Source of the DNA: Stylophora pistillata
Lineage: Eukaryota
Reading direction: 5' to 3'
Length of the DNA stretch: 64,000 nt
NCBI RefSeq assembly: GCF_002571385.2
Contig: NW_019217804.1
Span: 526,387-590,386, forward strand
The position numbers were made by a program, and so were the translations under genes. The notes beneath the pieces were generated by a model that saw only the letters and a list, made by a program, of their open reading frames with translations, searched no databases and had not been told where the DNA came from. Below are positions 51,601 to 63,143 of this stretch, piece after piece (position 1 is the first letter of the stretch; each line of letters starts with the position of its first letter).

Positions 51601-51908
51601 AGCCAGCATAGAATCACATCAAAAGGCTAAATTCGCGATAAATTGAAATTGTGGTTTAATCTTTCTCTTTCATATGAATTAAGTCCAGCACGTTTAGCAA
51701 TAAGCAAAGTAATCATGAATTTTGAAGGTTTTCTGACCGTAACCTGAACAGTGGCGTTGTGTATTGCAGGAATAATGATAAGTTTGATCAAGATTGTCGC
51801 GTGGCTTATCCTAAACCTTGGTGTAGATGAATTTGTTGCAGTGGTGGCTGTAGACATTTTCTGTGTAATAAATACCAGGACAAGGAAAACGATCTTCGTC
51901 GACTCCAT
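48647..51908 (-). CDS. Most divergent paralog H of the secreted helical-cytokine-like family (229 aa, basic C-terminal tail)
   Basis: Exons 51908-51744, 51386-51288, 50210-50037, 49477-49370, 48790-48647; GT-AG, phase 0; internal exons exactly 99/174/108 nt as in copies A, B, D, E, F. Protein: MESTKIVFLVLVFITQKMSTATTATNSSTPRFRISHATILIKLIIIPAIHNATVQ/MKLLYPFITSSDYFYEPPITLGLNLGKDCTKEK/EVGKKLSVLHSQLAVFKRPLNFVVLYVTSQGRNHTSLASVLRTMSVMVNATVSFIRYQ/MRQEGIWPPEYPVISEAQFNNITGTYLKTLVRRNLV/TLTITDDVVKRLRNFVILYTLHDVLIQVSPCTYGTTKRKSKKSRDGP*. Confidence 0.85.
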
Positions 51909-54526
51909 CTCTGTTAAAACAGTGGGAAAAAGATGAATTACCCTTTCCTGATCAAAATAATTGAATGATGGATTTCTAGCATTAAAAGTAAATACAGAAT
52001 TGTAGTTCTGTAGTTCTAATTTAGACCAGTTTTTTTCACCCCTGTCGATTTGCCTGTAACGATGTTATGTTACTCCTATCCAATCCCCTGCTGCCTTGAG
52101 TTATGCCCAAATTTCCAACGACTATATGCTAATGGGAACTATAAAGGAATAATTTCTCTAGAATGTGACAGTTAAATACGTAGTTGTTCACTTAGAACAC
52201 TAGGGAACTTGTTTTGTTTATAGCAAAAGTAGTTGTAAATAAACAACTGTGTCCGCCATCACCGTGACACTGCAAGGCGTTTGAATCAAATCACCGTCAA
52301 CAGAAATGCTCACGAATCAGGTACAATGACTTCCCATTATATATTGCTACAACTTCAAAACAACTTTTAATGCCACCTTATATCTTGTGAACAGATTTTA
52401 GCTCCCACTCCATCTTCACTTGCATAACACATCAGGGCACTTCGAGTTTGTTTACTTCGTTAATCGTTATTCATATGCCTATTAAATATACTTTTTGGGA
52501 ATTGGTTTCCGAACATTTTTCAGATTATTGTTGTTCTAGAGTAGGCTACGCTGAAAGGAAAGTCTACTACATTTTGTATTCCGTATGCACTTGTTACTTA
52601 CCTTTGGACTATCTTGTGATCAAAGTCAACGTTCGAACAGTGCTTTTGGAGTTTCTATTTATTGCGTGAGCTTCGAATCCTGGGAAGATGTTAGTTCTGA
52701 GAATGCGCGGTAAATGTTTATCTCCGGATCCTCATATTAGTTTGTTCATTTGGAATGTTGTAGAAGCCAACCTTGAGATCAGCCATTTGGTATAGACACG
52801 AATAAGGAGGAACGTTTGATAACGGTCACTATGTATTAGAAAAATGAACGTGGCTTTAGTTTTTGATCTCAGCAAGTTATAGAAATTAATGAAGTTGAAT
52901 TTCACATAAATCAAACTGCCTTTGAAGTCTGTTGGGTCTAAAAAATCTTACGGAAAGGATGGGAAAGATCGCTGAGAATCAGAGAAAAAGTTGAAAAAGA
53001 AGGTATAGAAGAAATGCTCCTATTTTTTACAACGACCGGTAAATTACCCATTTTCATGAAAGGGTATAATGGGTGATGGACGCTTTAATTCAAAAAAATA
53101 GTTAAAATTTGGAACTACTATTTTTACTTATAGGCTTGATTTAATATGTAAATATATATATATCTATATATATATATATAGATATATATATTTTACTTCT
53201 GTTATCTAAATTATTAGAAAGAGGGTCACGGAATTTAAACAGTTCTTTCAAGTTTTAGTTATAGCTGTTGTTGCAGCTGAAGATGGAATACAGCTCCCTT
53301 TTCATAATTTTGTTTTTCTTTTATCAGAAGCCGTGACTTAAAGTTCCTTTCTGTGATTAACACCGCGACAGCAATTAATTGAAGATCGATAAGTAAACTA
53401 TTCAACATTAACTGCTTTGTCTTCAGTTATGGAAATAATCTATATATATCTGAGATATATTTAACATTTTTTCTCACAAAATATGATCCTTTTTCCCTTT
53501 GATTTTTAACATAATGGCTCAATCTTTCCTCTAAAATGAAGTACTCCTTTGTGCAATGTTTTGAATGTTTTCTGCAAGCCTACTTCTTATCAGAAATGTT
53601 TTAAATCTAAGTAGCCTAAAAGTTTGAACATGAGGTAAAAGACTGGAGTAATTTAGAATCTAAAATATGATGTATATATGTAAAGAACATCAATGTGATC
53701 ATAAATATTAGAGATAAGTTATGGTAGTACCCACATGAATAAAATTTTACTGTCAAAATACGCTCCTCGACAACACTGATGGAGTTTTTGTTCCTCCTGT
53801 CTAGATAAGAATATTTTACACCTGAACTTAGCTGTACTTTAAATGCTTTTGACAGTGATTGATCACTTACTGATGCTAAATTTGTCAGCTCGGTGATGGT
53901 GTTGTCGAATATCTTTTAGTTTCCGAGTATGTCGGTTGAATTAAAGAAGTTTCTTTCATTCAGTTCATGTTTTGTATTATGTAAACCACAATATGGATTA
54001 AAAATGTTTGTTGGCTTGCAGACCTTTATACTTTAATTGTTGTTTTTTATGTTCAAATTATACTCATACGTGTTTGAGGGGAGCTATTTTCTTTACTTGT
54101 CTGTAGTACATAGATAAAAGTTTCTTTCCATCCACATATCACAGTTACACCAACAAGTAGATGCTGTTACAGATTCTTAACACCATTCAGTAACCTGTCA
54201 ACAGCTAGATATATCTTGGACCACAGATTTCTGTCTTTAGTGAGTCTTATCTCTGGTTACATGAATGAAGACTGGGATTTCATAGTCATTACTAAACTAA
54301 GATGTACTTCTTTTCCTTTCAATTTCGTTATAAACACTGAAATATATCAAATGTTGTTTATCAAGTCTTCATTACTTTTTTCCATTTCTTGAAGACAGCA
54401 GCTTCTAACTCGATGTGTGATAAGACTAAAAGTGTAGAAACTTTTATTCAAGTAAGTTTCAGCTTAAGGACCACTTATTACTTATTCTTATTTCTTAATG
54501 GGTCACTGGCAACTAACGTTCTTACA

Positions 54527-55230
54527 TGGTGGTTTGACGAGAAAATCGAATATCTTGGTAAATAACACGATTACACGAAGCTAACCATTTAAACCCTTTA
54601 GTACCTTATCTAATAAGAAAATTTTTTGATAAAGTTCCAAATTGATTATTATGAACAGTTCAATCAGTTAAATCTTAAGATATCCCTTCCCCCATAATTA
54701 TTTTCTTCAAGCATCATTTCCAAGAAACGTAAAAATTGATTCATGTTCAGTCTTTGTAATATTCAGGCGAGCATTCCTTGATTCCCAAAAGTAAGTGATC
54801 CTATTCCCTTGCAAAAATCTGAGAAAAAATCTATTCAGGAGTCAAGAAAATTCAACTAAAAACAAAATAATATACAGCTAATGAATCATTCGCAAATTTT
54901 CAACATTCGCACAGCGATAAATCGTAACTGTCTTATAGGTAAAGCGATTTTCTATGCAGATTTTTATATGATCGCGATATTCATTGCTTTCTTCATTATG
55001 TAAAATGTCTACCAGTTGGTGTCTTTTCAAATTTTACCAACTCAATCAGCTTCTACTGTATACAAACGCAGCAAACAACAGTAGTTTTGTTTTAATTTTC
55101 TCAATGATTTTTTTTCGGTTTTGTAGAAAAACAATTCACGAGTCTAATCGGTGAGATTAGATGGTGGTTTGACTAGGAAATCGAATATCTTGGTAAATAA
55201 CACGATTACACGAAGCTAACCATTTAAACT
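54527..55230. repeat. Dispersed direct duplication of about 70 bp (about 54527-54595 and about 55162-55230)
   Basis: ATGGTGGTTTGAC..GAAATCGAATATCTTGGTAAATAACACGATTACACGAAGCTAACCATTTAAAC occurs twice. Confidence 0.75.
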
Positions 55231-56500
55231 CTTTGATCTCAGATTTTCTGACCTTCACTCCTCACTAAATTTGATTTAAGTTATTTAGTACCTCGGAAAA
55301 ATAACATTGCATAAAAATTTTCTTTCGTAGCAGTTGAGAGCCTGAGCATTGACTCTTGCTCCTTGTCCGTAGAATTTGTATGAGCTGGCATGTTTTTGAC
55401 AGATGCATCGCCATTTCCACAAAATTTCAATGCTCCGATCCTCTGAATTCTTTTGGTTTTGATATCTATTTTCGGAAAGGTTTTGTAGATTTATCTGATG
55501 TTTAAAAGATATTGTTGCCTCAACTTTTTAGTAGTTGCTATTGTTTTCAATAGCATCTCAATCAGGTCCGAGGATGATAAATCAAGTGATGAATTTAGCA
55601 TCGCCGAAGAATTTGATAGATATCTAAGCGACATTTTCCCAACTTCGCTTTAATACTGACAAATATAATGTAAAACACTGTTTTAAACGTTTGTTACATG
55701 TGATTTAGACTAGAAGCATACATGATACTTAGAGTGCGACTTCTCGATTAGTGTAAAGTATTTTCAGTTGACTACAGTGACGTGGTCACACAACAAAAGA
55801 TGCTAGCATTAACTAAGAAGTAGCGGCGTGGTAGCTTTTGCTATATGCTCATACCAAAGGAATTTTTACTCAGTAATTAAAACACAGAGTTACTGCTCAC
55901 CTTTACAAACTGGAAACAGTTCGCTCTCTGCTACGAACACAGCCGTTAGCTCTGTTTATGTCGCGTTCTGGCTTCTTTCGGTTGGTATGCCGCAGTCGCT
56001 TACACATCCTTTTGTACACCATGGTTTACATTTTATGATGCGGTGTAAACCTGTAGTATTTGGTCCTTTGAATCGCTTTTACTGCACCTGGAAGGTAACA
56101 ATCCTCTGCGATCTTCAGGCTTCTACGTTAAGCTGCATGAAATGAGACAAGGAATTCCCTGGGTAACTATTTCACACATTTTCTTCGAAAGATAGGAAGT
56201 TTATGTTAGAAAACAATTGGGCCTATTCATAGGACAGATTTTTGTAACCCCAGAGTCTGTTGCTAAAGTGAATCATCGGAAACGGTCTAACTGAAATAAG
56301 AAGCTCTGAAACATTCAATTTAAGGTAGATGGTTTGCAAGTGAAATCGTGCCTGGATTAAAAAATTCTTTACGTAAGGAGCTTTATCGCAGTAAAACTTG
56401 AATTAAGCTTGTGATTTGACTAATATTTCAATTTGAATCAAGACCTCTTGCAGGCACATTTGCTTCGGTACTCATCCCAAACCAAACCTTTTCTTATAGA

Positions 56501-56730
56501 TAAAGGCTGATAGTTTCTAAAGAAACTGTTTGGGGCTGCGTCGGTTGGGGTAACGAAATAATTTGAATATATCAACAAAGTTGAAATGGTAAATTGGCCA
56601 GCGTTACGATTATAAAAGCTGACGTTTCGAGCGTTCGCCCTTCGTCGGAGCGAATAGTGCTCGAAACGTCAGCTTTTATAATCGTAACGGTGGCCAATTT
56701 ACCATTTCAACTTTGTTAATATATTCAAGT
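56501..56730 (-). mobile_element. Third copy of the Penelope-like/hammerhead element, with inverted partial duplication
   Basis: Hammerhead motif on the minus strand at about 56618-56654; inverted arm at about 56659-56728. 13-bp TSD CTTTTCTTATAGA / CTTTTCTTTTAGA (56488-56500, 56731-56743; 1 mismatch). Confidence 0.75.
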
Positions 56731-58849
56731 CTTTTCTTTTAGAAAACGGATCTCGGCACATAAACAAAACCCCTAACGACTTCAAGTATCAACGGAGTCA
56801 ACTCTGCACGTGGCTGAGCGTAGGGTTCTACCTGCTATTTGGTCTTGTGATTATTTGAATCATCGATTAAGCTGTACCTTAGGTAATGCGCATTTATTTG
56901 TACTTTTAATAGCATAACATCGAGAAACATCCTTTTTAATCCTAGTGATGATGCACTCGTGTTTATTCTTGTATGTGCCTCCTACAAGGGAATTGTTATT
57001 CACTTTAACCATGGCAAATACAAGAAATCGTAAGTACAAACATATAATTGTAGTTTTGAGATTTGTGACTTGTTCTTAACCACTTTCCTGAGGTCCAGCG
57101 GTATCATGTTGTACCATACAGAGCTGATATGAATTTGTGTGCTCAAAGTCTTTTTCATGTACCTCATTTCTTCTTCTCTCTATTCTTTTTTCTTTGAAAT
57201 TATGAATTCACTTTCCTCCCTTCTCTTATATTTGAGTTCAAGATGCTATAATAGGACTGTAGGATTGAAAGGAACATTTTCTGCCAGGATTGTATTTTAT
57301 GGAACCCTGAATGACTCCAATTTTAGAGGATCACAGCTTAATTCATAGACTTTTCCTTGCAACGACTTAGCCGTTGTTTTGAGTCTTTCATTTCTAGGAA
57401 GACCAAACAAGTTTTCTCAGAAATCATGTGATAAGTTGAGATATTTATCTGATATTATCACGTCATTAAGACGTTTTGGCATATTATCGCTGTTTTACTT
57501 TGACCAGTCTTGTTAAATTATAGTTAGATGAAAATAAATTAGCAGATTCAACACTCTTCAATTGCATAATGAAAAGCTGATTCGTAAAATTCGTAAAACT
57601 TTGATTTTATTTAGTGAAATAGCAATCAAGGTTTGGGAAAAATGTACCAGTACTTGTGAAAGATCGGGTTGAATAAAATGTAATTTTAAGTATGATTTGA
57701 TCATTTTCGGTCACGGTACTGCCAATTTTTTTGGAAGAGAAAGTTATTACATATTATAAACGGCTTAGCGTTTTGGATGGTTTCTGCAACAGGCATGTCA
57801 GTGGAACTTAATGCAAATAATCAATCACTGTTCGACGAAAAATCAATTCCCGGTATTTTTAGATAAAAAAATTGCACCTCTCTGACAATAGGCGTAGAAC
57901 GATGCTACATCTATTGCTGATGGTCTTTCAGTGTATTCTTCTATATGTATTTATGTATTCTTACAATGAAGATAAGATTTGCACGAAGAAATACGTACCT
58001 GAGCTTTCCAATGTTATACGCCTGTTTTTAGCATTCAAGATTTTTTCCTGAAAATTGGCTTGGAACTTTAACATTGTTGAGGAACAAAGACATGGTAGCT
58101 CTTGCCATGCCGCCATGTCATTCGGAAGGCACTCAACCTGACTGATCCTTTCCTGGTACATACATTACTTCAAAACAGAACTTTACATGTACAATTAACA
58201 AGCAGGAACTCTTGCTCGACCCAACTCAAGTTTATAACAGCACATTTCCACGAATTTGGTCCTTGAGTTTTGACCTTCCTTTTTCTAGGAAATTCATCAA
58301 TATCACGTCATCCGAGCTATGTGATATCTGTTTAAATATGTTAGGTATTATGAAAGGAGGTAAAATATAAGCTTATCAGCAAAATTAATCTTTTCACAAA
58401 AGTTTTATCATCCTTATTAGAGTTTTCCTACAGTTTAACTTTAAAGCCCGACTGTCCTAGTTGAGCAGCACCACACGTTACCTAACAAAAGGTCGGTTTA
58501 TTTATACCGCAATTGTTGAATGTGCGTCATTCCGGGATTTCTTAGAAAAGTGAAATAAGATAATATTGAGAGCATCGACCTTTTCGTGATATTGCAGAAC
58601 TTATATTTAAGATTACAGACGAAGACATAGAGACATTATCCATGGAAACAAAAAAGAGCTGGTGGAGTTTTTCTTGCATCGCAATAGCACGAAAGCAAAA
58701 CAGGAAACAGTTTAAGGAGTAAATGAAGCTTTATTAGATTATTAATTAATCATCTGCATTCTGCATTTACATCTAAAATCGCCTTATTTAGATTTTCCTC
58801 CTTAAAAAGTTATTACGAGAAATTTATAGTTTCCTTTTAGTTGTAAATC

Positions 58850-61800
58850 CTACTGTTTAGGCTTTACATTTGATTCAAACAGATTGACAACGTTTCCAGC
58901 AGGTTTATATCGCGCCACCACATACACGTTTGTGTTGTCTTTGGTTTTCGCCTTTGCCATTCCAAGCTCATTTGAGGCACCCCAAACCAACTGCAAAGGA
59001 AAAAAACATTTCATCGAGGGGATTGACAATTATTACGCAATAGAAAAGGTTCAGCCGATTCACGTTAACGGTATTATAAAATGACAGAAGAGTGAGCAGC
59101 AAGGTAACTTTTCATAAGGTATACTTTAACATTGTAAAGTAAGAAAACCGAATAGCAGTGCATTAAAAAACAGCAAAGTAACTTCTAAGCCAGGTTTCTT
59201 CAGCCAAATTTGATGTACTTTATTCATCTTGCTTCACAGTAAATTCGATGAGAGACAAGTTTTTGATTCTCCGATAGATCTACATGCAATCATGAAGGAA
59301 AACTATTTTACGATGGCATTTATTCGGTACCTGTTCCTTCAGAAAAAGCTAATTAAATGCATAACTGTATGTATTAAAATCATAGGGAATATGACAATTC
59401 CCAAACTAGAACAATTTACGGGATGAAGGAGAATATTTAAGATAATGAATAAGGCAACAAAAACTGTTGGTTGGAGTCTGATTGAGTATATCGGCGACAG
59501 CGGTTAATTACAACCTATGTGGGGGGTATAAGTACAAAACATTATGACGCTCCTTATTATAGGCTCATAGTCCCCTCATCTCTGACCTGTGAAAAATGGC
59601 CAGTGTCCGTAGAGAATTTAGCCTCTTTAAAGTTGTATTGTCCCACTTCATTGTACCAGGCATCAATTGCTCGCAGTAATGCCTTGTCATCACTTCCAAC
59701 CTCGGCTAGATTTTCCCCATAATCAGTCGAACCCTCGTTCTCATGCACAAGTCTCTGTTCTCTGGCTAATTTTTCGGCCCAGTCCTGCGCTTTTGCCGCC
59801 ATCTCTTTGTTCCAGGTTAACAATGGGGCCTGGTGCATTGCTCTATACATGTTGTGAAGCATCAACGCATCTTTACTTTCATCAGCAGTAGGGCCTACGG
59901 TGTAAGTTTAAAGGCGCTCAACATTAGCTTTCTGAAACAAATGAAGCTTTTCTATCCTCATGACAATATCAGTTATCATGCCTACCAGGCCTCATTAATG
60001 ATAATGGTAGACAACGTATTTGAATCACCAACAGCGCTTTATCCGTAATAGAACTCAAGTTCAGTTCCAAATGATATATTTAAATACCGTAAATCCTCTG
60101 TTAAGCCCCCCCTCTAATAAGCCACCCCCTCTAATAAGCCCCCCTCTTTAGAGAAGGAAATTTATTAAGCCCCCCATCTATTAAAGCCCCCCACCCCTCT
60201 CCCTCAAAAAACAAACAAAAATTTAAAGTAACACTCCACGTCAGTAAGTACGATAGACTTAATCAAGTATTGTAATTTTAGTTTATAGTGAACATCGGGC
60301 TAAATTGATAAGCCCCCCCCCCCCTCTAATAAGCCACCCTCCAAAGTACCTGAAATAAATAAGCTCCCGGGGGACTTATTAGAGGATTTACGGTTTGCAA
60401 ATAAGCAATCATGATAAGTAAACCCAAATACAATAATATGTAACGTATGCAAAAAAGGTTGATTTGTCAACTTAAGTCGCCCATTCTGTTTACCTGAAGT
60501 GGCTACATAATAGGTCTACCCCGATATCGAAAGCCTTCATACCTCTTTCTTGGCATAGTGGGCCCCAGTATCCCTCGGGACACGTACAGGTGGCATTACC
60601 CTCCTTTACTTCACATGTGCCACCGTTCATGCAGGGGTTTGGCTCGCATGGGTTTGGTGGTGATGGGACTGATGTAGGCTTTGGACCTATCGTTTGAGAA
60701 ATAAGATAAGTTATTTCGCAAAGAGCGGTTTCTTTAATGTTAATGGAATCATTCAGCTAATTCATTTTCATAACTAATTCGTTTGTATGTTATGTACAAA
60801 TTTCAATCATAATTCAGGTATTACACTAAATCGAACCAAACGACTAACTCTACCATGCGAAATATTTTGTGGTACACAGACCACCGTGTTAGTTTCTAAG
60901 TGAAATAGACCGCATAGATGGGCTTGTTCAAGGCTGGTCATTAATTATGCCACTGGATTCGCTGTCTGCTATAATAGCTAAGAATTCAATGAAAGAGAAG
61001 GCCATTCCTACCGATCAGAAAAGTTAATGGGTGAACCGGCCGAGGAGCTGTGTTTGTTATACAATTGGTGATGCCGAGATCTTAACGCGCAAATTTATTC
61101 CATGGACATCTGATGAAAAATCAATTGGCAAGCTAATTTTTCTGAAACCTAATCGCAATGTTGGGAATTAGCTAGGAAAACTAACTGTAGATTAACTAGG
61201 CAAGCATGCTTCATTCATGATCATGAAAATTAAATCATGTAAGGTAAGACAGAGAGTGATTCACAAATTGTTTTTCCTTTTTTAACCGATTGCTTCCTTC
61301 AGAGCTGCTTATGTTCATTTCGTTTTCCGAAAATTGCAATAAAAAATATTGGTCACATATTCTATTTAATCTATTTCGCGTTTTCTGCCCTCCCTAAGAT
61401 TTTAGAACTGTCGTTGGGTAACAAGTGCCGTTCTTGAGAAATCCCTTTTAATGTAATAATACTCTCGGAAGTATAGCAAAGGCATAAGAAAAGCGCACAA
61501 CGCTTGAAATATTTTTCTGTCATTGATGCCAGCTTGTTTTGAATGGTTTGAAAAACTACCTGGTCAAAAATTGGCGTATAGTCGATTCTCGAAGAAGCAG
61601 CGGATTCCAACCAAAAACGGTACTTGTTCCCGCGACTGAATACGTGAATCGTGGTTGCTCGTGGTTTTGAATACACCATGTTCGTATCCAGTCTCGCAGT
61701 GGCATTCTGTACCTGTTGTAGCAGTAGGTGTTGTGGTTTGTGTTGTTGTAATATTAGTTGTTCCTGGATTTGTTGTGGGTGTCGTTGTTTCCTGTCCAGC

Positions 61801-63071
61801 TGTTGTTGTTGATTCCAATGTTGACATCGTTGTACCAGTTGTCTGAACAGTAGATAAAGTGGAAGGTTCTGCTGTTGGTTTGGTTGTTCCTGCACCTGTT
61901 AATGTTGTTGTCATCGTACTAGGTGAAGTTGGAGTCGTCAAGTCTGGGTTTGTGGAAGTGGTAGACTGAGCGCTTGGAGATGTTAATTCTGTATTTGCTG
62001 TCGTCGGCGAGGTAAGCTGTGGCTTAAGCGTTGTGGTAGACTCTTCTGGATTTATAGTTGAAGAAAGTGTCGGTGTCGTTAGGTCTGGAGGAGCTGTTGT
62101 TTCCGTTGTTTCTGAAGTGAAAGTTGTCACAGTCGGTGTTGTTACCCCTTGACTTGTGGTTGTTTCTGTCGATGTGGTGGTTGATAATCCTTGTGGTTTA
62201 CTGACAGATGAAGTCGTTTGCTTAGTTGTTTTTTCTGGTGTCGTTGCGACAGTAGGTGTCGTCAATTCTGGCTTTGTGGTCGTCAGAGACGTTGGTGTTG
62301 TCTGTGCAGGTGTAGTTGGGGACTGTTGAGGGGGAGGCGTAGCTGTAGGTGTCGTTTCTCCAGGGCTTACCGTGGATGATGTTGTCTGTGCCGGTGTGGT
62401 TGGAAATTGGTGCGGAGGAGGCGCCGTTGTAGATGTTAAAGTTGTAATCCCTGGGCTAGCCGTAGTAGTTGTTGTCAAAGTTGTTTGTTCTGGTTTCGCT
62501 GTCGATGAAGCAGCTGTCAACTGAGGTTTTAACGTGGTTCCTGTAGTTGGTGTGGTCTGTCCAGGAAACTGTTGCGGGGGAGTTTTAGTTGTTGGTGTCC
62601 CAGTTGTAGAGGAGGACTCAGAAGTTAGTGTAGGTAATGTAATGGACGTGGTAGTTTCCTCGGGATTAACTGTTGATGAAGTGGTAGTCAGAACAGGTTC
62701 CATCGTGGTTCCTGTTGGTAGTGTTGTCTGTGTAGGTGTAGTTGGAAATTGTTGTGGAGGAGGCATAGTTGTTGGTTTTGATGTTGTGATCTCTGAACTA
62801 CTTGTGGTAGTAGTGCTTGTCGTTGTTTCTGGTGGTGTTGGTGACGATGACGTAGTTGGGGAAGTCTGTTCTGGATTCAGCGTGCTTAAAGTTGTTTGCG
62901 TTGTTGTTGGCTCAGGTGTAGTGGTGGTCATGGTCGTTTCGTCCGTCGTTTCCTCAGGATTTACAGTTGTAACTGTTGTTGATTCTGGTTTTAATGTTGT
63001 AGCAGTCGGGGAGGTAGTTTTTGTTGATTGTGAACCACCCGTGTTTGTTGTTGCTGTTGAGACTGTTTGAG

Positions 63072-63106
<35 letters not shown>

Positions 63107-63143
63107 CCCGTCGACTGTTCTGGTTTGGAAGCTGTCATATTCC
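58850..63143 (-). CDS. Thr-rich mucin-like + EGF + CAP/SCP (GAPR-1/PR-1-like) domain protein, 3' portion (5' end unresolved)
   Basis: Exon 63143-61713 is Thr/Pro/Ser-rich (phase 1-1). Exon 60686-60543 encodes EGF CEPNPCMNGGTCEVKEGNATCTCPEGYWGPLC (phase 1-1). Exon 59894-59587 has HNMYRAMH...GENL...WYNE...TGHFSQ. Exon 58990-58850 has LVW...LGMA...VVARYKPAGNV...KQ*. AATAAA at 58730-58735. Confidence 0.85.
60085..60395. mobile_element. MITE (non-autonomous DNA transposon, Tc1/mariner/pogo-like ends) in an intron of the CAP gene
   Basis: TIRs ACCGTAAATCCTCT (60086-60099) / AGAGGATTTACGGT (60381-60394); internal TAATAAGCCCCC sub-repeats; TA at the left end. Confidence 0.8.
63071..63106 (-). repeat. 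(ACA)n microsatellite encoding poly-Thr
   Basis: About 12 GTT repeats on the plus strand, inside the mucin-like exon. Confidence 0.9.

Noticed and set aside
52000-58700. Additional family member or other gene between H and the CAP gene
   Set aside because: No exon-5-like motif or coherent spliced ORF found by eye; listed ORFs look random.
61655-63070. Val-rich plus-strand ORFs (61655-61846, 62534-63070) and Gln-rich ORF 61371-61895
   Set aside because: Antisense or alternative-frame shadows of the Thr-rich mucin exon.
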